This document shows positions 1 through 10,220 of a stretch of 64,000 bases of DNA, in pieces; within the stretch, counting starts at the first letter, position 1, and each line of letters starts with the position of its first letter. A program made the position numbers and the translations under genes. The stretch is from Alphaproteobacteria bacterium. Its GTDB lineage: Bacteria > Pseudomonadota > Alphaproteobacteria > UBA7887. The notes under the pieces were generated by a model. It was not told where the DNA came from, made no database searches, and saw nothing but the letters and a program-made list of their open reading frames with translations. The DNA is taken from NCBI GenBank assembly GCA_965216755.1, contig CBDCGL010000011.1, positions 2,080,001 through 2,144,000 of the forward strand, given 5' to 3'.

Positions 1-853
1 TCCCCGCGCGGTGCTCACCGGGTCTGCAACGGCCGCGTCGCACCATGTCGCTTTCTATTGATCCAAGGCCCTGGCGCCCACGACTTTGTCCCACAATGAT
101 GGCGTGCCTGTGACTCCTTTGCGTGAGCGTGGGACCGGAACACGTATGATTTGCCGATCGATGGGGCGGCTTCGAGTCTGGACAACCCCGCCGACTGGTC
201 CGCTATAGGCAACTTGAGTATGCTGCAGCCCAATATGAATGAAACGCCGCCCAATTACGCGAGGGCCCATAGTAATTAGTCACTATTCCAATATAGCCAG
301 TTCTTCTGTCGCGTTCGGGATATGACTGGATCATCGCCGTTCTCAGAAATCAAAATGACCACAAGGTTCGTGCGGTTAACGCCGAACGCCAACCAAGCCG
401 CGTCTTGATATCAGGGTTCACAGGCGTTGTTCGTTCATCATTCATTTATGCGGCTGACCGATATTCGTCGTTGACCACATTTGAACAACCGCACTGGGCT
501 CGCGCTGGGTAATGGCAATTGTCGTCAACAAACGGCAACGGCACGCAATATCCATACTTCTTGTTGGCCAATTATCACGCCGCGCTATATCGGTTTCTGT
601 GACGTGTGAATAGGACGTGGTTCACGACTCTAGGGGGAGCACCGCACAAGGCAACGTATAGAAATTCTGGCGATTTTTTCGTAGCAGCTTTGCCCAATAT
701 GCGCTTCTCCCCGTCTGATAATGACCCCTCCACAATCCACACCTACAGATTGTATAACCGCCGATATTACAACCTTGTGGAAACAGCGCACCCGTTGGTC
801 GCGCGTTCAACGACAATTGTCAAATCGACCACGTCGGATCCGAGGCAAAGACG

Positions 854-3085
854 ATGACACAGCAAGCAAGCGCAACCGACAACATGGCCAACAGCCGAGC
901 GAATTCTGAGCCATTATCGCAAGCCCAGGCTTGGCTCAAGCGCTTTACACTGAGCGACATGCGGATCGGCAACAGGCTCATTCTGCTGCTCGTCGTCCCT
1001 TTGGTCGCCATCATTTGGCTGGCATCTGAAGCGCTGTTGAGCCGATGGCAGATCATGGATCGCGCCCAGATGGTGGAAGAAACCACGACAGCCGCGGTCG
1101 CCATCAGCGGGGTCGTGCATGAATTTCAAAAAGAACGCGGCGCATCGGCCGTGTTTCTAGTCAGCAATGGCGCACGCTTCAGTCAGGAGCTCGCTGACCA
1201 AAAGGAATTGACCGACTCGCTCACCACGGCCTTGAATGAAGCGGTCGGAGCAGAAAATCTTGAATCGTTTGATCCTTCGATCCGCACCGCGATCGGCGAA
1301 TTCCAAGACCTCGTGTCGAGGCGCGATGCTATCCGCCAACAAGTTGCAAGCCAGAACCTGTCGATCCCTGAGATGGCCAAATACTACACTGGGGCGATTG
1401 CGGCCGGCCTAAAAGTTACAGAGATCATGGCGGCTATTCCCACGGATGGTCGCGTGGTCAACGCGGTGATCGCCTGGCACGCGCTACAGGAAGGCAAGGA
1501 ACGCGCCGGCCAAGAACGCGCCGCCGGCGCAACTGGCTTCACAAAAGGTTCGTTCCCGCTTGCGTTGCAACAGAAGTTCAAGGGCTTGATTGATAAGCAA
1601 GACACTTATTTCACGACTTTTCTGCAACGTGGCTCGTCGAAGGTCACTGAGTTCTTCGAAAAGACAATGAATGCGCCCGTCGTCGCCGAAGTCCAGCGCA
1701 TGCGCGACACGGGCTTGAGCGAATCGGCGTTACGCGGTCCATTGTCGGTCAATGGCAGCCAATGGTTCGCCACGATTACACAGAAAATCGATTTGATGAA
1801 GCAGGTCGAGGATGTCGTCGTCGCGAACTTGGTCAGTCTGGTTGGCGGTTTAGGGCAATCCGCCCAGCGCGAATTCGCGTGGCGGACAGCCATATGTTTG
1901 GCGGCTTTGGCGATTACGATTGCCTTTGCCATGGCAATTGTCCGTGGCGTGGCCGGCCCGCTGAACCGATTGACGACCGCGACTCAAGAGCTTGCCAAAG
2001 GCAATCACCGGGCCGACTTGTCAATTCCTGAAACGCGCGACGAAATCGGCGTGTTGATCGGCGCCGTCAAGGTCTTCCGGCAGAATTTGATCGACAATGA
2101 ACGCCTTCAAGCGGCCCAGCGGGAAAGCGAAGAACGGGCCAAGGCGGAAGAACTAAGGCGTCGGGAAGAACAGCGCGCCGCCGAAGCGAAAGTGGAAGAA
2201 GAGCGTCGCGCGGCCGAACAAAAGGGCCAGGCGGAACGCCGTCAAGCGATGCTTGATCTAGCGACATCATTCGAGACCCAAGTGGGCCAAGTCGTGACCG
2301 ATGTGTCCAGCGCGGCCAGCCAACTGCAAAGCACTGCGGCCAGCCTGTCGGCCAACAGTGAAGAAAGCAATCGACAGGCGACAACCGTTGCCGCGGCGTC
2401 GGAGGAAGCGACCGCAAACGTGCAAACGGTCGCATCTGCCGCCGAAGAGCTTTCGGCATCCATCGAAGAGATCTCTCGGCAGGTCGGACGCTCAAGCGAG
2501 ATCGCCGTGTCTGCGGTCAAGCAAGCCGACGAAACCAACGAGAAGGTCCAGGGCTTATCTGAGGCCGCGCAGAAAATTGACGATGTCGTAAATCTCATCA
2601 ACGACATCGCCAGCCAGACCAATCTGCTCGCGCTCAATGCGACGATTGAAGCCGCGCGCGCGGGCGAAGCCGGCAAAGGTTTTGCCGTCGTGGCCGCCGA
2701 AGTAAAATCCCTTGCCACGCAAACTGCTCGGGCGACAGACGAAATTGCCGGGCAGATCGCGGCCATTCAAATGGCAACCGGCAATGCGGTTTCGGCGATT
2801 CAAACCATCGGCAACACAATCGGCGAGATCCGAGCAATCACCGCCGATATCGAATCCGCAGTTGATCAGCAGGGTGCCGCAACACGCGAAATCGCCACCA
2901 ACGTGCAACAGGCAGCAGGCGGCACGCAGGAAGTCTCGTCCAATATCGCTGGCATCAGTCAGGCGGCGGATGAAACCGGAATTGCCACCAACCAAGTTCT
3001 TGAAGCGTCCAATTCCTTGGTTTCGCATGGAGACAAACTGCGCGCGGAAGTTGACAACTTCCTGACGACCGTTCGCGCCGCATAG
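854..3085 (+). CDS. Methyl-accepting chemotaxis protein with periplasmic NIT (nitrate/nitrite-sensing) domain and HAMP
   Basis: Two TM segments flank NIT motifs (VHEFQKERGASAVFL, KERAGQERA). HAMP (PLNRLT..RDEIG) and MCP signature (IASQTNLLALNATIEAARAGEAGKGFAVVAAEVK) follow. Confidence 0.93.
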   Translation: MTQQASATDNMANSRANSEPLSQAQAWLKRFTLSDMRIGNRLILLLVVPLVAIIWLASEALLSRWQIMDRAQMVEETTTAAVAISGVVHEFQKERGASAVFLVSNGARFSQELADQKELTDSLTTALNEAVGAENLESFDPSIRTAIGEFQDLVSRRDAIRQQVASQNLSIPEMAKYYTGAIAAGLKVTEIMAAIPTDGRVVNAVIAWHALQEGKERAGQERAAGATGFTKGSFPLALQQKFKGLIDKQDTYFTTFLQRGSSKVTEFFEKTMNAPVVAEVQRMRDTGLSESALRGPLSVNGSQWFATITQKIDLMKQVEDVVVANLVSLVGGLGQSAQREFAWRTAICLAALAITIAFAMAIVRGVAGPLNRLTTATQELAKGNHRADLSIPETRDEIGVLIGAVKVFRQNLIDNERLQAAQRESEERAKAEELRRREEQRAAEAKVEEERRAAEQKGQAERRQAMLDLATSFETQVGQVVTDVSSAASQLQSTAASLSANSEESNRQATTVAAASEEATANVQTVASAAEELSASIEEISRQVGRSSEIAVSAVKQADETNEKVQGLSEAAQKIDDVVNLINDIASQTNLLALNATIEAARAGEAGKGFAVVAAEVKSLATQTARATDEIAGQIAAIQMATGNAVSAIQTIGNTIGEIRAITADIESAVDQQGAATREIATNVQQAAGGTQEVSSNIAGISQAADETGIATNQVLEASNSLVSHGDKLRAEVDNFLTTVRAA

Positions 3086-3109
3086 CCACCATGGTTCGTC
3101 ACAACGGGT

Positions 3110-3880
3110 TCAGTTAACAATCTGCCAAGCACCGTCTGGTTGGCGACAGGCGGTGCCATAGGCCTCTTGGACACGTCCGGCGACAAACACTTCGGTCTGG
3201 TACTCGCGGCAATAGCGGCCGTCTTCGACTTGATAGGTGTGCGTCGGCGTCATCGTGTAGCGGGCGCCGGTCTCCGGACTGTCCCATACGACCTGCCGGT
3301 GGGTCGGCGCCGATTCCAAGACATGGCCCACACAGCCATAATCGACATCGTCCATGTAGGGGCCGATCGAATGTCCGATTAGGCCACCCAAAAACACGCC
3401 AGCCCCGACAGCGGCCAACTGACCGGACCCACGGCCGATTTGCGAGCCGGTCAAACCGCCGACCGCGGCACCGATCAATGCTCCAACGGCATCGCGGTTG
3501 CAGCGCCCCAAGCCTAGGTCAATGGGTGCCCGGTCATACGGCAGCGAGGCGCCGCGATGCGGGCGCAGGTCGTCATACGACGGGTACCCGCGTGCGGACC
3601 AACGTGCATGAGGACGCGCGCCCTTCGCATGGGGGCGCCCCTTGCATTTGACCTCCTCTTTGAAGCCGTGGGGGCTGGCCTTGTATTCGTATTTGCATCC
3701 GCGACCACGATATTTGTACTTGTAGTGATCGCCAGCCCATTTTTCCTCATATCGCTCATGATGGTGACCATGCCAGCCATAACCGTCGTCATGGTCCCAA
3801 CCATCTGCAGCGGCCGCGCCGGCCCGAATGACAACGGCAAAGGCGATCAAGGCAAATATGGGTACGTTTGGGCAGTGCAT
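3110..3880 (-). CDS. Secreted glycine-zipper / 17-kDa surface antigen (RT0821/Lpp0805-like) protein
   Basis: Signal peptide; glycine zipper GALIGAAVGGLTGSQIGRGSG; C-terminal CREYQT...AYGTACRQPDGAWQIV. Confidence 0.85.
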   Translation of the reverse strand: MHCPNVPIFALIAFAVVIRAGAAAADGWDHDDGYGWHGHHHERYEEKWAGDHYKYKYRGRGCKYEYKASPHGFKEEVKCKGRPHAKGARPHARWSARGYPSYDDLRPHRGASLPYDRAPIDLGLGRCNRDAVGALIGAAVGGLTGSQIGRGSGQLAAVGAGVFLGGLIGHSIGPYMDDVDYGCVGHVLESAPTHRQVVWDSPETGARYTMTPTHTYQVEDGRYCREYQTEVFVAGRVQEAYGTACRQPDGAWQIVN

Positions 3881-3944
3881 TTCGTCGTTTCCCCTGCTCA
3901 GGCACTGTCTTATCGGCAGTCGCGGTGATCATGACGAATTCGCG

Positions 3945-3983
3945 CTGAAGGCAGACTGAACGGGGCATTCATGCAGCGTTCAG
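3945..3983. promoter_or_regulatory. Putative OmpR/PhoP-family response-regulator operator
   Basis: CTGAA-N6-CTGAA (3945-3960) followed by inverted TTCAT-N6-TTCAG (3968-3983), 11-bp periodicity, upstream of the glycine-zipper gene. Confidence 0.55.
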
Positions 3984-4001
3984 GTGTCTGAACGCGCCGG
4001 C

Positions 4002-4418
4002 TTAGTTACTTGCTGGACCCACTTCAGAATAGGGAAACGGCCCGGCCGGTATTCCTCCACCGCCTTGAACAGGGCCACCTGGCGGTGCCAAGGGGAACGG
4101 CTGCGCCCCGCCGCCGGGTCCCGACCCAGGGGCCAGAGGCAATGCCGATTTCGTCGCGTCGATCACATTGCGCAAGCCCAATTCACGACCGAGATCCGTC
4201 GCCCCGGCGGGCGCGAGCATAGCGTCTAACGCGATGCAACCCGTGGGCCGACACATGCGGACGGCGCCAGTCTCTGTATCGAGGATGAAGGCGCAAGGCT
4301 CGCCGCCACCACATGGTTGCATCGTGTAGCGTGCATCGGCGGCAGCCTTCGAGACAGGCGCTCCGACCAACGCCAACCCGATCAGCATCTCCAAAGCGCT
4401 CGCAACGGTCAATTTCAC
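4002..4418 (-). CDS. Hypothetical small exported protein with four Cys and a Gly/Pro-rich tail
   Basis: GTG start at 4418 with GAAGG upstream; hydrophobic signal ending ..KAAA; AFILDTETGAVRMC motif. Confidence 0.6.
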   Translation of the reverse strand: MKLTVASALEMLIGLALVGAPVSKAAADARYTMQPCGGGEPCAFILDTETGAVRMCRPTGCIALDAMLAPAGATDLGRELGLRNVIDATKSALPLAPGSGPGGGAQPFPLAPPGGPVQGGGGIPAGPFPYSEVGPASN

Positions 4419-4639
4419 GGTCGTACCTTCACTCAGTAGGACTGGCGACCAAACTTGGGCCAGGCGCACAAGTCGAAACGACCAGCCGTCTTGCGGCCAG
4501 AGCCTTGCGCACACTACCATCCGCATGTGCCAACATGAAGTCGAAGGTCGTGAGGATATCGGGTATGGCGACGACGAAAGGTCTGTCCTTGGTGCTGGTG
4601 ATGGGCTTGGCCTTGCTGTGTGCTTTTGTGAGTCCCGTT

Positions 4640-5110
4640 GCGGCCATACGGTGAACCTGATCAAACGCGATTCGAAACGACCCGGCGGCGATATCGCGAA
4701 GACCGCAGTCCAGGAACTTGAAACGCGCGAAGATGTCGACATTTTGGCGGGCTTCGTTTACGCGCCGAATGCCATTGCCAGCGCCCAGTTGGCAACACGG
4801 GCGCCTGTGCCCATGATCGTCATGAACGCGGGCACGGCCTGGATCCCGTCTTTGTCGCCCTACATTGTCCGGGTTTCCTTCACGATGTGGTAAGCGGGAT
4901 ACCATATGGGCCCATACGCGGCCACAGATCTCGGTTGCGACACCGGCGCCATCGGCTATACCGATTGCCCGCCCGGCAAAAACAGCCTTGCTGCATTTCA
5001 ACACGGGTTCGAACAAGCCGGTGGCACGGTCATCGAAGCGATCCCCATGGGCGGGCCGCGCGAAGTTCCAGATTTCACGCCTTTCTTCCAACGGGTAAAG
5101 GCCGCGGCGC
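4640..5110 (+). pseudogene. Remnant of an ABC transporter substrate-binding protein (branched-chain/aromatic PBP1 type)
   Basis: CGHTVNLIKRD..VQEL..DILAGFVYAPNA..VMNAG..YIVRVSFTMW*AGY..PDFTPFFQRVK. In-frame TAA at 4891-4893, no N-terminus or signal peptide, 3' truncated. Boundaries approximate. Confidence 0.8.
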
Positions 5111-5836
5111 CCCTTCGGACGTGGCCTTCAATTCGTCCTCAACTTCGCCGGCGGCAACACCCGTCGGTTGTGGGTCACCGACGGATGCAGCGCGTCAAGT
5201 TGGTTTTCCAGAAAGATTTTCCAATTTGAATGCTGGATCACCCGAAAGCAATTGGGGACGACTTCAACCTGCCCCTCCGGGGCACGGTCACACATGTCGT
5301 CGAATGCGACCCTTGCTGGCCCCAACCACTCCAACAGAGATGGGCCATCTGGAGCCAGCCGGGCAAAAACAAAGCCACGATAACTGTCGACATCCGCGGC
5401 CCCATTCATGCCGTTGGCCGGATCGTCCAGCGCAAATCGCGTGCCATCATAACCTCGGGGAAGTGGAATCGCCTTGATCGATCCGTCAAAATTGAACGAC
5501 CACGCATGGTACGAGCACACAAAACCGTGCTCTGTATTGTCATGGTGATTGCCACACAGCATGGCACCCCGATGTGGGCAGCGATTGTACAAGACGTGGA
5601 CGGCGCCATCGCCGTCTCGCACGAAAATCATCGGCTGGTGACCGACCAGGACCGTGTAATAGTCGCCGGGATTGGGAATCTGCGACTCGTGGCCGACATA
5701 AGTCCACACTTGATTGAAGATCCGCGCCATCTTCAAATCGAAAATCTCGGTGTCCGTATCGTGCCGTCGGTGGACGCGGTCGGGCCCAACCGCAGCAGCC
5801 AAATCCAATCAGTCGCTCAAATCACTGTCCGCTCAT
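5100..5836 (-). pseudogene. Truncated aromatic ring-hydroxylating (Rieske) oxygenase alpha subunit
   Basis: Rieske motif NRCPHRG..CSYHAW and NWKIFLEN..DALHP..TH. Frameshift after SVTH, C-terminal half missing, 5' end disrupted. Confidence 0.82.
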
Positions 5837-5838
5837 GC

Positions 5839-6450
5839 CTACGCCGTCCAACGATCGCGCGTCGGCCACCGCGCGACCAAATCGATAAACAGGGGATCAA
5901 TCTCGCCTGGCCGGGCGGCTACATCGTCTGCCAGAGGGCCGGGTGAATCGTTAAACGCCAACAGCGACATGTCAGACATGCGCATGGGATACAAGACGCC
6001 ATCAAGGTGATCGCACTCATGTTGCAACAAGGCCGCCCAGGTCCCGTGCGCCTCGTCACGCACCGTATTCCCAGCCAACGTCAAATACTCAACGCCGATC
6101 CGCGCATATCGATTGACCTTACCGTGCAGGCCCGGGATCGACAGGCAACGCTCCCACATGGGGACCGTCTCGTCGTCCAGCGGCGTCAAGACCGGATTGA
6201 TCATCACTGTCCAGGGCACCGGCTTGATCCCAGATCCCGCAGGAATGCGGGACTCGATCATGCGATAGACAACAATACGTTGACTGACAAATACTTGTGG
6301 CGCAGCGATACCGCTTGCGCCCAAGTCTTCCAATGTATCTTGCATGTCTGCCGCCAATCGCGCGACTTCCGGATCCGTCGGATCCTCAACGGGCGCGGCC
6401 ACGCGGCGCAGTATCGGATGGCCCATTTTTGCGACTTGCCGTATCGCCAT
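5839..6450 (-). CDS. def: Peptide deformylase-family protein (atypical motif 2)
   Basis: GIAAPQV, ERCLSIPG (canonical EGCLS) and QHECDHLDG motifs. Confidence 0.88.
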   Translation of the reverse strand: MAIRQVAKMGHPILRRVAAPVEDPTDPEVARLAADMQDTLEDLGASGIAAPQVFVSQRIVVYRMIESRIPAGSGIKPVPWTVMINPVLTPLDDETVPMWERCLSIPGLHGKVNRYARIGVEYLTLAGNTVRDEAHGTWAALLQHECDHLDGVLYPMRMSDMSLLAFNDSPGPLADDVAARPGEIDPLFIDLVARWPTRDRWTA

Positions 6451-6751
6451 GTTGTCCCCTCTTGCCGTGCTTTGCGCATCACTACAACGGATTATGCGTT
6501 ATCAGTGTGCACCATTTTACCGTCCGTCGCCCGCAACACCATGTGGCCCATTTCGATCAGATGTTCGGACTTCGCCCACGTCACGTCCACATGAAAGGTC
6601 CAACATCACCCGCTGACAGCTCATAGGGCGTGCTGTCCGGCCATTCCTGAGACGCCGCGGTCGTAATTTGCGCAAGAGTGTCGCGGCAGGCCCCCGAATT
6701 CTAGCATTCCTCTCCACATGACGTTCGCCCGCTGCTCCGTTTCCGATCGCA

Positions 6752-7954
6752 CTATGCAACTGACAAGTCCGCCGGATGACCAAATAAATAGGCACCTACG
6801 GATTGGAAGTTTGACTTCCGGCCTTGAACTTGTTGAGCCACTGTGTGGATATCACGAAAGCGCCGCTCAAACGGGCTGCTCGCGAAAATGGCCGTAGCGC
6901 CCGCATAGCCGTAGACAAGATCCGCGACTGCGGTCGATTCTTGAATAGCGAAGGTCGCCGCCAAGCGGATCCGCATGCGTTGATCCACGGTCAACTGGCC
7001 CGTCGCTATCACCTGTTCCCAGATATCGGCCACTTCTGTAAGAACGAACGCGCGTGCGGCACCCAGCCGCGCCTTGGCGATCGCGATATCCGCTTGAATG
7101 GCGCCGTCGTCGCGCACCGGAATACGTGCCAGCCGTGGCGCCTTGGTGCGCGCCAACGGCATGAAAACGTCGAGAATGGCGCCCGCAATGCCAATCGCGG
7201 TCGCGCTGAAGCCGGTCGCGTACAAATTGGTGGTCGGAAATCGATAAAGCGGCGCATCGATCAAACATTGGTCCAGAGCGTCGCGCATGAAGCCATACTT
7301 GTCATCGACAAAAAGATCGGTGACCGCATAGTTGTCGCTGCCCGTGCCGCGCAGGCCGATCACATCCCAAACGTCGGTCATCTCGGCTTGACCCGCGGGG
7401 AACAGAAATACGCGCGTCGCGGGGCGGCCATCCGGCAGCTCGATGGGCGTTCCGTTCGCGTCCACAATTGGCGCGAAGCCGCCAAACCACGTCGCGTGCC
7501 GGCCGCCACTGGCAAACATCCAGGTGCCGCTGAGACGGACGCCGCCCCGGTCGCGAACGGCCTGAGCCTTGGCCATCGGCCCCCAAGCCAGCGCGGCGGC
7601 TGGATCGCGGCCCCAAATCTCTTCAGCCACAGCAGGCGCCACATAGGCCGCCGCCATGGCACAGCCGTTCGCCTGACACAGACACCATGCGGTGCTGGCA
7701 TCAAGTTTGGCGACAGCCTCGATGGTCTGAAAGAACGTCGCCGGCTCGACCGCCTCGCCGCCATACTGGCGCGGTAGCAACAATCGAAACAGCGCCCCAT
7801 CGTGGAGTGCCGTCATCAAATCGTCCGGCAGTCGTCTCTCTTGCTCGGCGCGCGCGGCGGCCGCGGAGATGATATCGGCGATGGCATGCACCCGGCCGAG
7901 ATATTCGGCGGCTTGTTCCCGCAAGCTCGTCATATCCACCGGTGCTGAACCCAT
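6752..7954 (-). CDS. Flavin-dependent monooxygenase, acyl-CoA dehydrogenase-like (HsaA/IacA-type hydroxylase)
   Basis: [45 protein letters not shown] motifs. Start uncertain (7954 or 7933). Confidence 0.85.
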   Translation of the reverse strand: MGSAPVDMTSLREQAAEYLGRVHAIADIISAAAARAEQERRLPDDLMTALHDGALFRLLLPRQYGGEAVEPATFFQTIEAVAKLDASTAWCLCQANGCAMAAAYVAPAVAEEIWGRDPAAALAWGPMAKAQAVRDRGGVRLSGTWMFASGGRHATWFGGFAPIVDANGTPIELPDGRPATRVFLFPAGQAEMTDVWDVIGLRGTGSDNYAVTDLFVDDKYGFMRDALDQCLIDAPLYRFPTTNLYATGFSATAIGIAGAILDVFMPLARTKAPRLARIPVRDDGAIQADIAIAKARLGAARAFVLTEVADIWEQVIATGQLTVDQRMRIRLAATFAIQESTAVADLVYGYAGATAIFASSPFERRFRDIHTVAQQVQGRKSNFQSVGAYLFGHPADLSVA

Positions 7955-8134
7955 GCCGCCGCTCCGCCTTTCGGGCAATTGAATGCCATTGTGGCGCCCC
8001 GATCAAGCGAACCTATTGGCGTGCGCGGGGGCTTGTGCGACGTGTTTTGGGCGAAGCGCCGAACGCTGTCGCGTTTTGGCTTGGTTTGGTACGCCATTTT
8101 ATTCGAAAATGAAGGGAAATCGAGAGGCGGAACG

Positions 8135-8926
8135 ATGTGTGAACTTCTCGGCATGAACGCCAATGTACCCACGGACATTCAGTTCAGTTTTGCCGGTTTG
8201 ATGCAGCGCGGCGGCCGTACCGGGGCGCATAGCGACGGCTGGGGCATCGCCTTTTATGAAGGGCGCGGCTGCCGCGCATTTCATGATCCCAAAGCCAGCG
8301 CGGAGTCGGAGATCGCCAAGTTGATCCGGAATTACCAGATCAAGAGCTGTGTCGTCATCAGTCACATTCGCAAAGCCACCCACGGCCGCGTCTGCCTGGA
8401 AAACACCCACCCCTTTCGGCGCGAGCTTTGGGGGCGCAATTGGACGTTCGCTCACAATGGCCGCCTGAATGGCGTCAAGCGTTGGCCGCTCAACTTCTAT
8501 CAGCCGATCGGCACCACCGACAGCGAATATGCATTCTGTTGGATCCTCGATCAGCTGCGCAACAAATTTCCACGACCGCCGTGCCAAGCCAAGACGCTCT
8601 GGCGCGCTATCGGCGATCTGGTCGAACATGTTGGCCATGCTGGGGTCTTCAACATGCTGCTGAGTGATTCCCGATCGCTTTACACATTTTGCGCGACCCA
8701 TCTGGCTTGGATCACCCGTCGCGCGCCGTTCGGTGAAGCGCGCCTGATCGACGACGATGTGGCGGTCGATTTTGCCGAGCTGACCACGCCCAAGGACATC
8801 GTCACCGTCATTGCGACTCATCCCCTAACCGACAATGAGACCTGGAACATCATGGACAAAGGGAGTTTCCTGGTGTTCCACAATGGGCTACCCGAAAGGT
8901 CGCTGTCGCAGCGCGCCGCGGCCTAG
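8135..8926 (+). CDS. Class II glutamine amidotransferase (YafJ/EgtC-like)
   Basis: N-terminal MCELLG (Ntn Cys2), [31 protein letters not shown]; GAGG RBS before 8135. Confidence 0.92.
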   Translation: MCELLGMNANVPTDIQFSFAGLMQRGGRTGAHSDGWGIAFYEGRGCRAFHDPKASAESEIAKLIRNYQIKSCVVISHIRKATHGRVCLENTHPFRRELWGRNWTFAHNGRLNGVKRWPLNFYQPIGTTDSEYAFCWILDQLRNKFPRPPCQAKTLWRAIGDLVEHVGHAGVFNMLLSDSRSLYTFCATHLAWITRRAPFGEARLIDDDVAVDFAELTTPKDIVTVIATHPLTDNETWNIMDKGSFLVFHNGLPERSLSQRAAA

Positions 8927-8934
8927 CGTGCTGG

Positions 8935-10122
8935 TTAAAGGGGCATGGCATATCGGTCGACGAAGGTTTGATCGACGGTAACGCCGAGCCCGGGGCGATC
9001 CGGGATTTCAAGCATGCCGTCGCGTACCAAAAAATCTTCCTGCGCCAGCTCGTGCAACATCGGATTGGCACCCACCGAATATTCCAGTATGTAGCCGGAT
9101 GACGCCGCCGCCGCGACATGTAGGCCCGCGGCAAATGTCAATGCTCCGCCCCACATATGCGGCACGAAACGCGCTTGGTGCGCACTCGCCAAAGCTTCTA
9201 TTCGCATGAGCTCCGTGATACCGCCGGCAATCGAGGAATCCGGTTGCAGGACATCGGCGGCGCGCAAAACAAGTAGATCGCGGAAGGCAAACCGCGTGAA
9301 TTCGCTCTCTCCGGTTGCAATCGGAATATCAGTCGTCGCACGGACCTCGGCCAGCCCCGGTTTGTCGTCCGCGGTAACCGGTTCCTCGAGCCAGCCTATG
9401 TGACAATCAGATACCGCGGCACAAAATCTCTTGGCTTCGGGGACCGTCCAGGTGCCGTGCGCATCGCACAAGATGTCGATATCGGGGCCCAGCCCCGCAC
9501 GCGCAGCACGTACACGGGCGATCGAGTGTGCCAGGGTGCCGTCGCCGGAACCGACCCGCATCTTGACCGTGCGGAAATCGCCGCGTTCGATAAAGCCGCG
9601 CAACTCTTCGACAATGCCCGCCGTCGGCGCCCATCCCCCTGAGGCATATGCCGGCATTTTTCGATGTCGGCGGCCGCCCAACAATTGCCATACAGGGACC
9701 TCCAACGACTTGCCGAGAATGTCCCACAACGCCATATCGATGCCGCTTATGGCCGAAATCGTGTGGCCGCGCCGCCCCAGCACCGGAAATACGTGCCCCC
9801 GCTCAATGGCGTAAGCCGCGCGCGATCCGTTATACATAACATCCCAAAGGCGCGAGATGTCACGCGCGTCCTCACCGATCAACTGAGGCGCAAGCTCTTG
9901 CTCGATCAGGGCGCAGAGCGCCGCACAAGCACCGGTGCTACCGACGGCCGCCTTGGCCTCGCCGTGACCAACAACACCATCTTCAGTTTCAACGCGTACC
10001 AGCGTTGAATCGAACGCCGCCACGCGACCAAAATCGCTGCGATGCTGGCGCGCCTTATCGATCGGCACATGAAGCCAACGCGCTGTTATTGCCCTAATTT
10101 TCACGGCCATGCCCTTTGTCAT
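8935..10122 (-). CDS. Mandelate racemase / muconate lactonizing enzyme family protein
   Basis: AISGIDMALWDILGK, KMRVG, DAH, WLEEP, GESE, PGLG motifs. Start uncertain. Confidence 0.92.
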   Translation of the reverse strand: MTKGMAVKIRAITARWLHVPIDKARQHRSDFGRVAAFDSTLVRVETEDGVVGHGEAKAAVGSTGACAALCALIEQELAPQLIGEDARDISRLWDVMYNGSRAAYAIERGHVFPVLGRRGHTISAISGIDMALWDILGKSLEVPVWQLLGGRRHRKMPAYASGGWAPTAGIVEELRGFIERGDFRTVKMRVGSGDGTLAHSIARVRAARAGLGPDIDILCDAHGTWTVPEAKRFCAAVSDCHIGWLEEPVTADDKPGLAEVRATTDIPIATGESEFTRFAFRDLLVLRAADVLQPDSSIAGGITELMRIEALASAHQARFVPHMWGGALTFAAGLHVAAAASSGYILEYSVGANPMLHELAQEDFLVRDGMLEIPDRPGLGVTVDQTFVDRYAMPL

Positions 10123-10220
10123 TGCCACCTGAGCACCATTCGCTGTGCACCAAGGTTTGCGCGGCGTATAAGTTACAAGCTGCCGCGCGCGGACGCCAAT
10201 TCACGTACGAGGAGGACGAT

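Noticed and set aside
4891-4893. In-frame stop in the ABC binding-protein frame as possible recoding (Sec/Pyl/readthrough)
   Set aside because: The codon is TAA, and the gene is also truncated at both ends. Simple decay (probably CAA>TAA) explains it.
6824-7777. 317-aa plus-strand ORF, and similar long antisense ORFs such as 16882-17712, 53420-54427 and 56696-57535
   Set aside because: Shadow frames opposite well-supported genes in GC-rich DNA, with no motifs.
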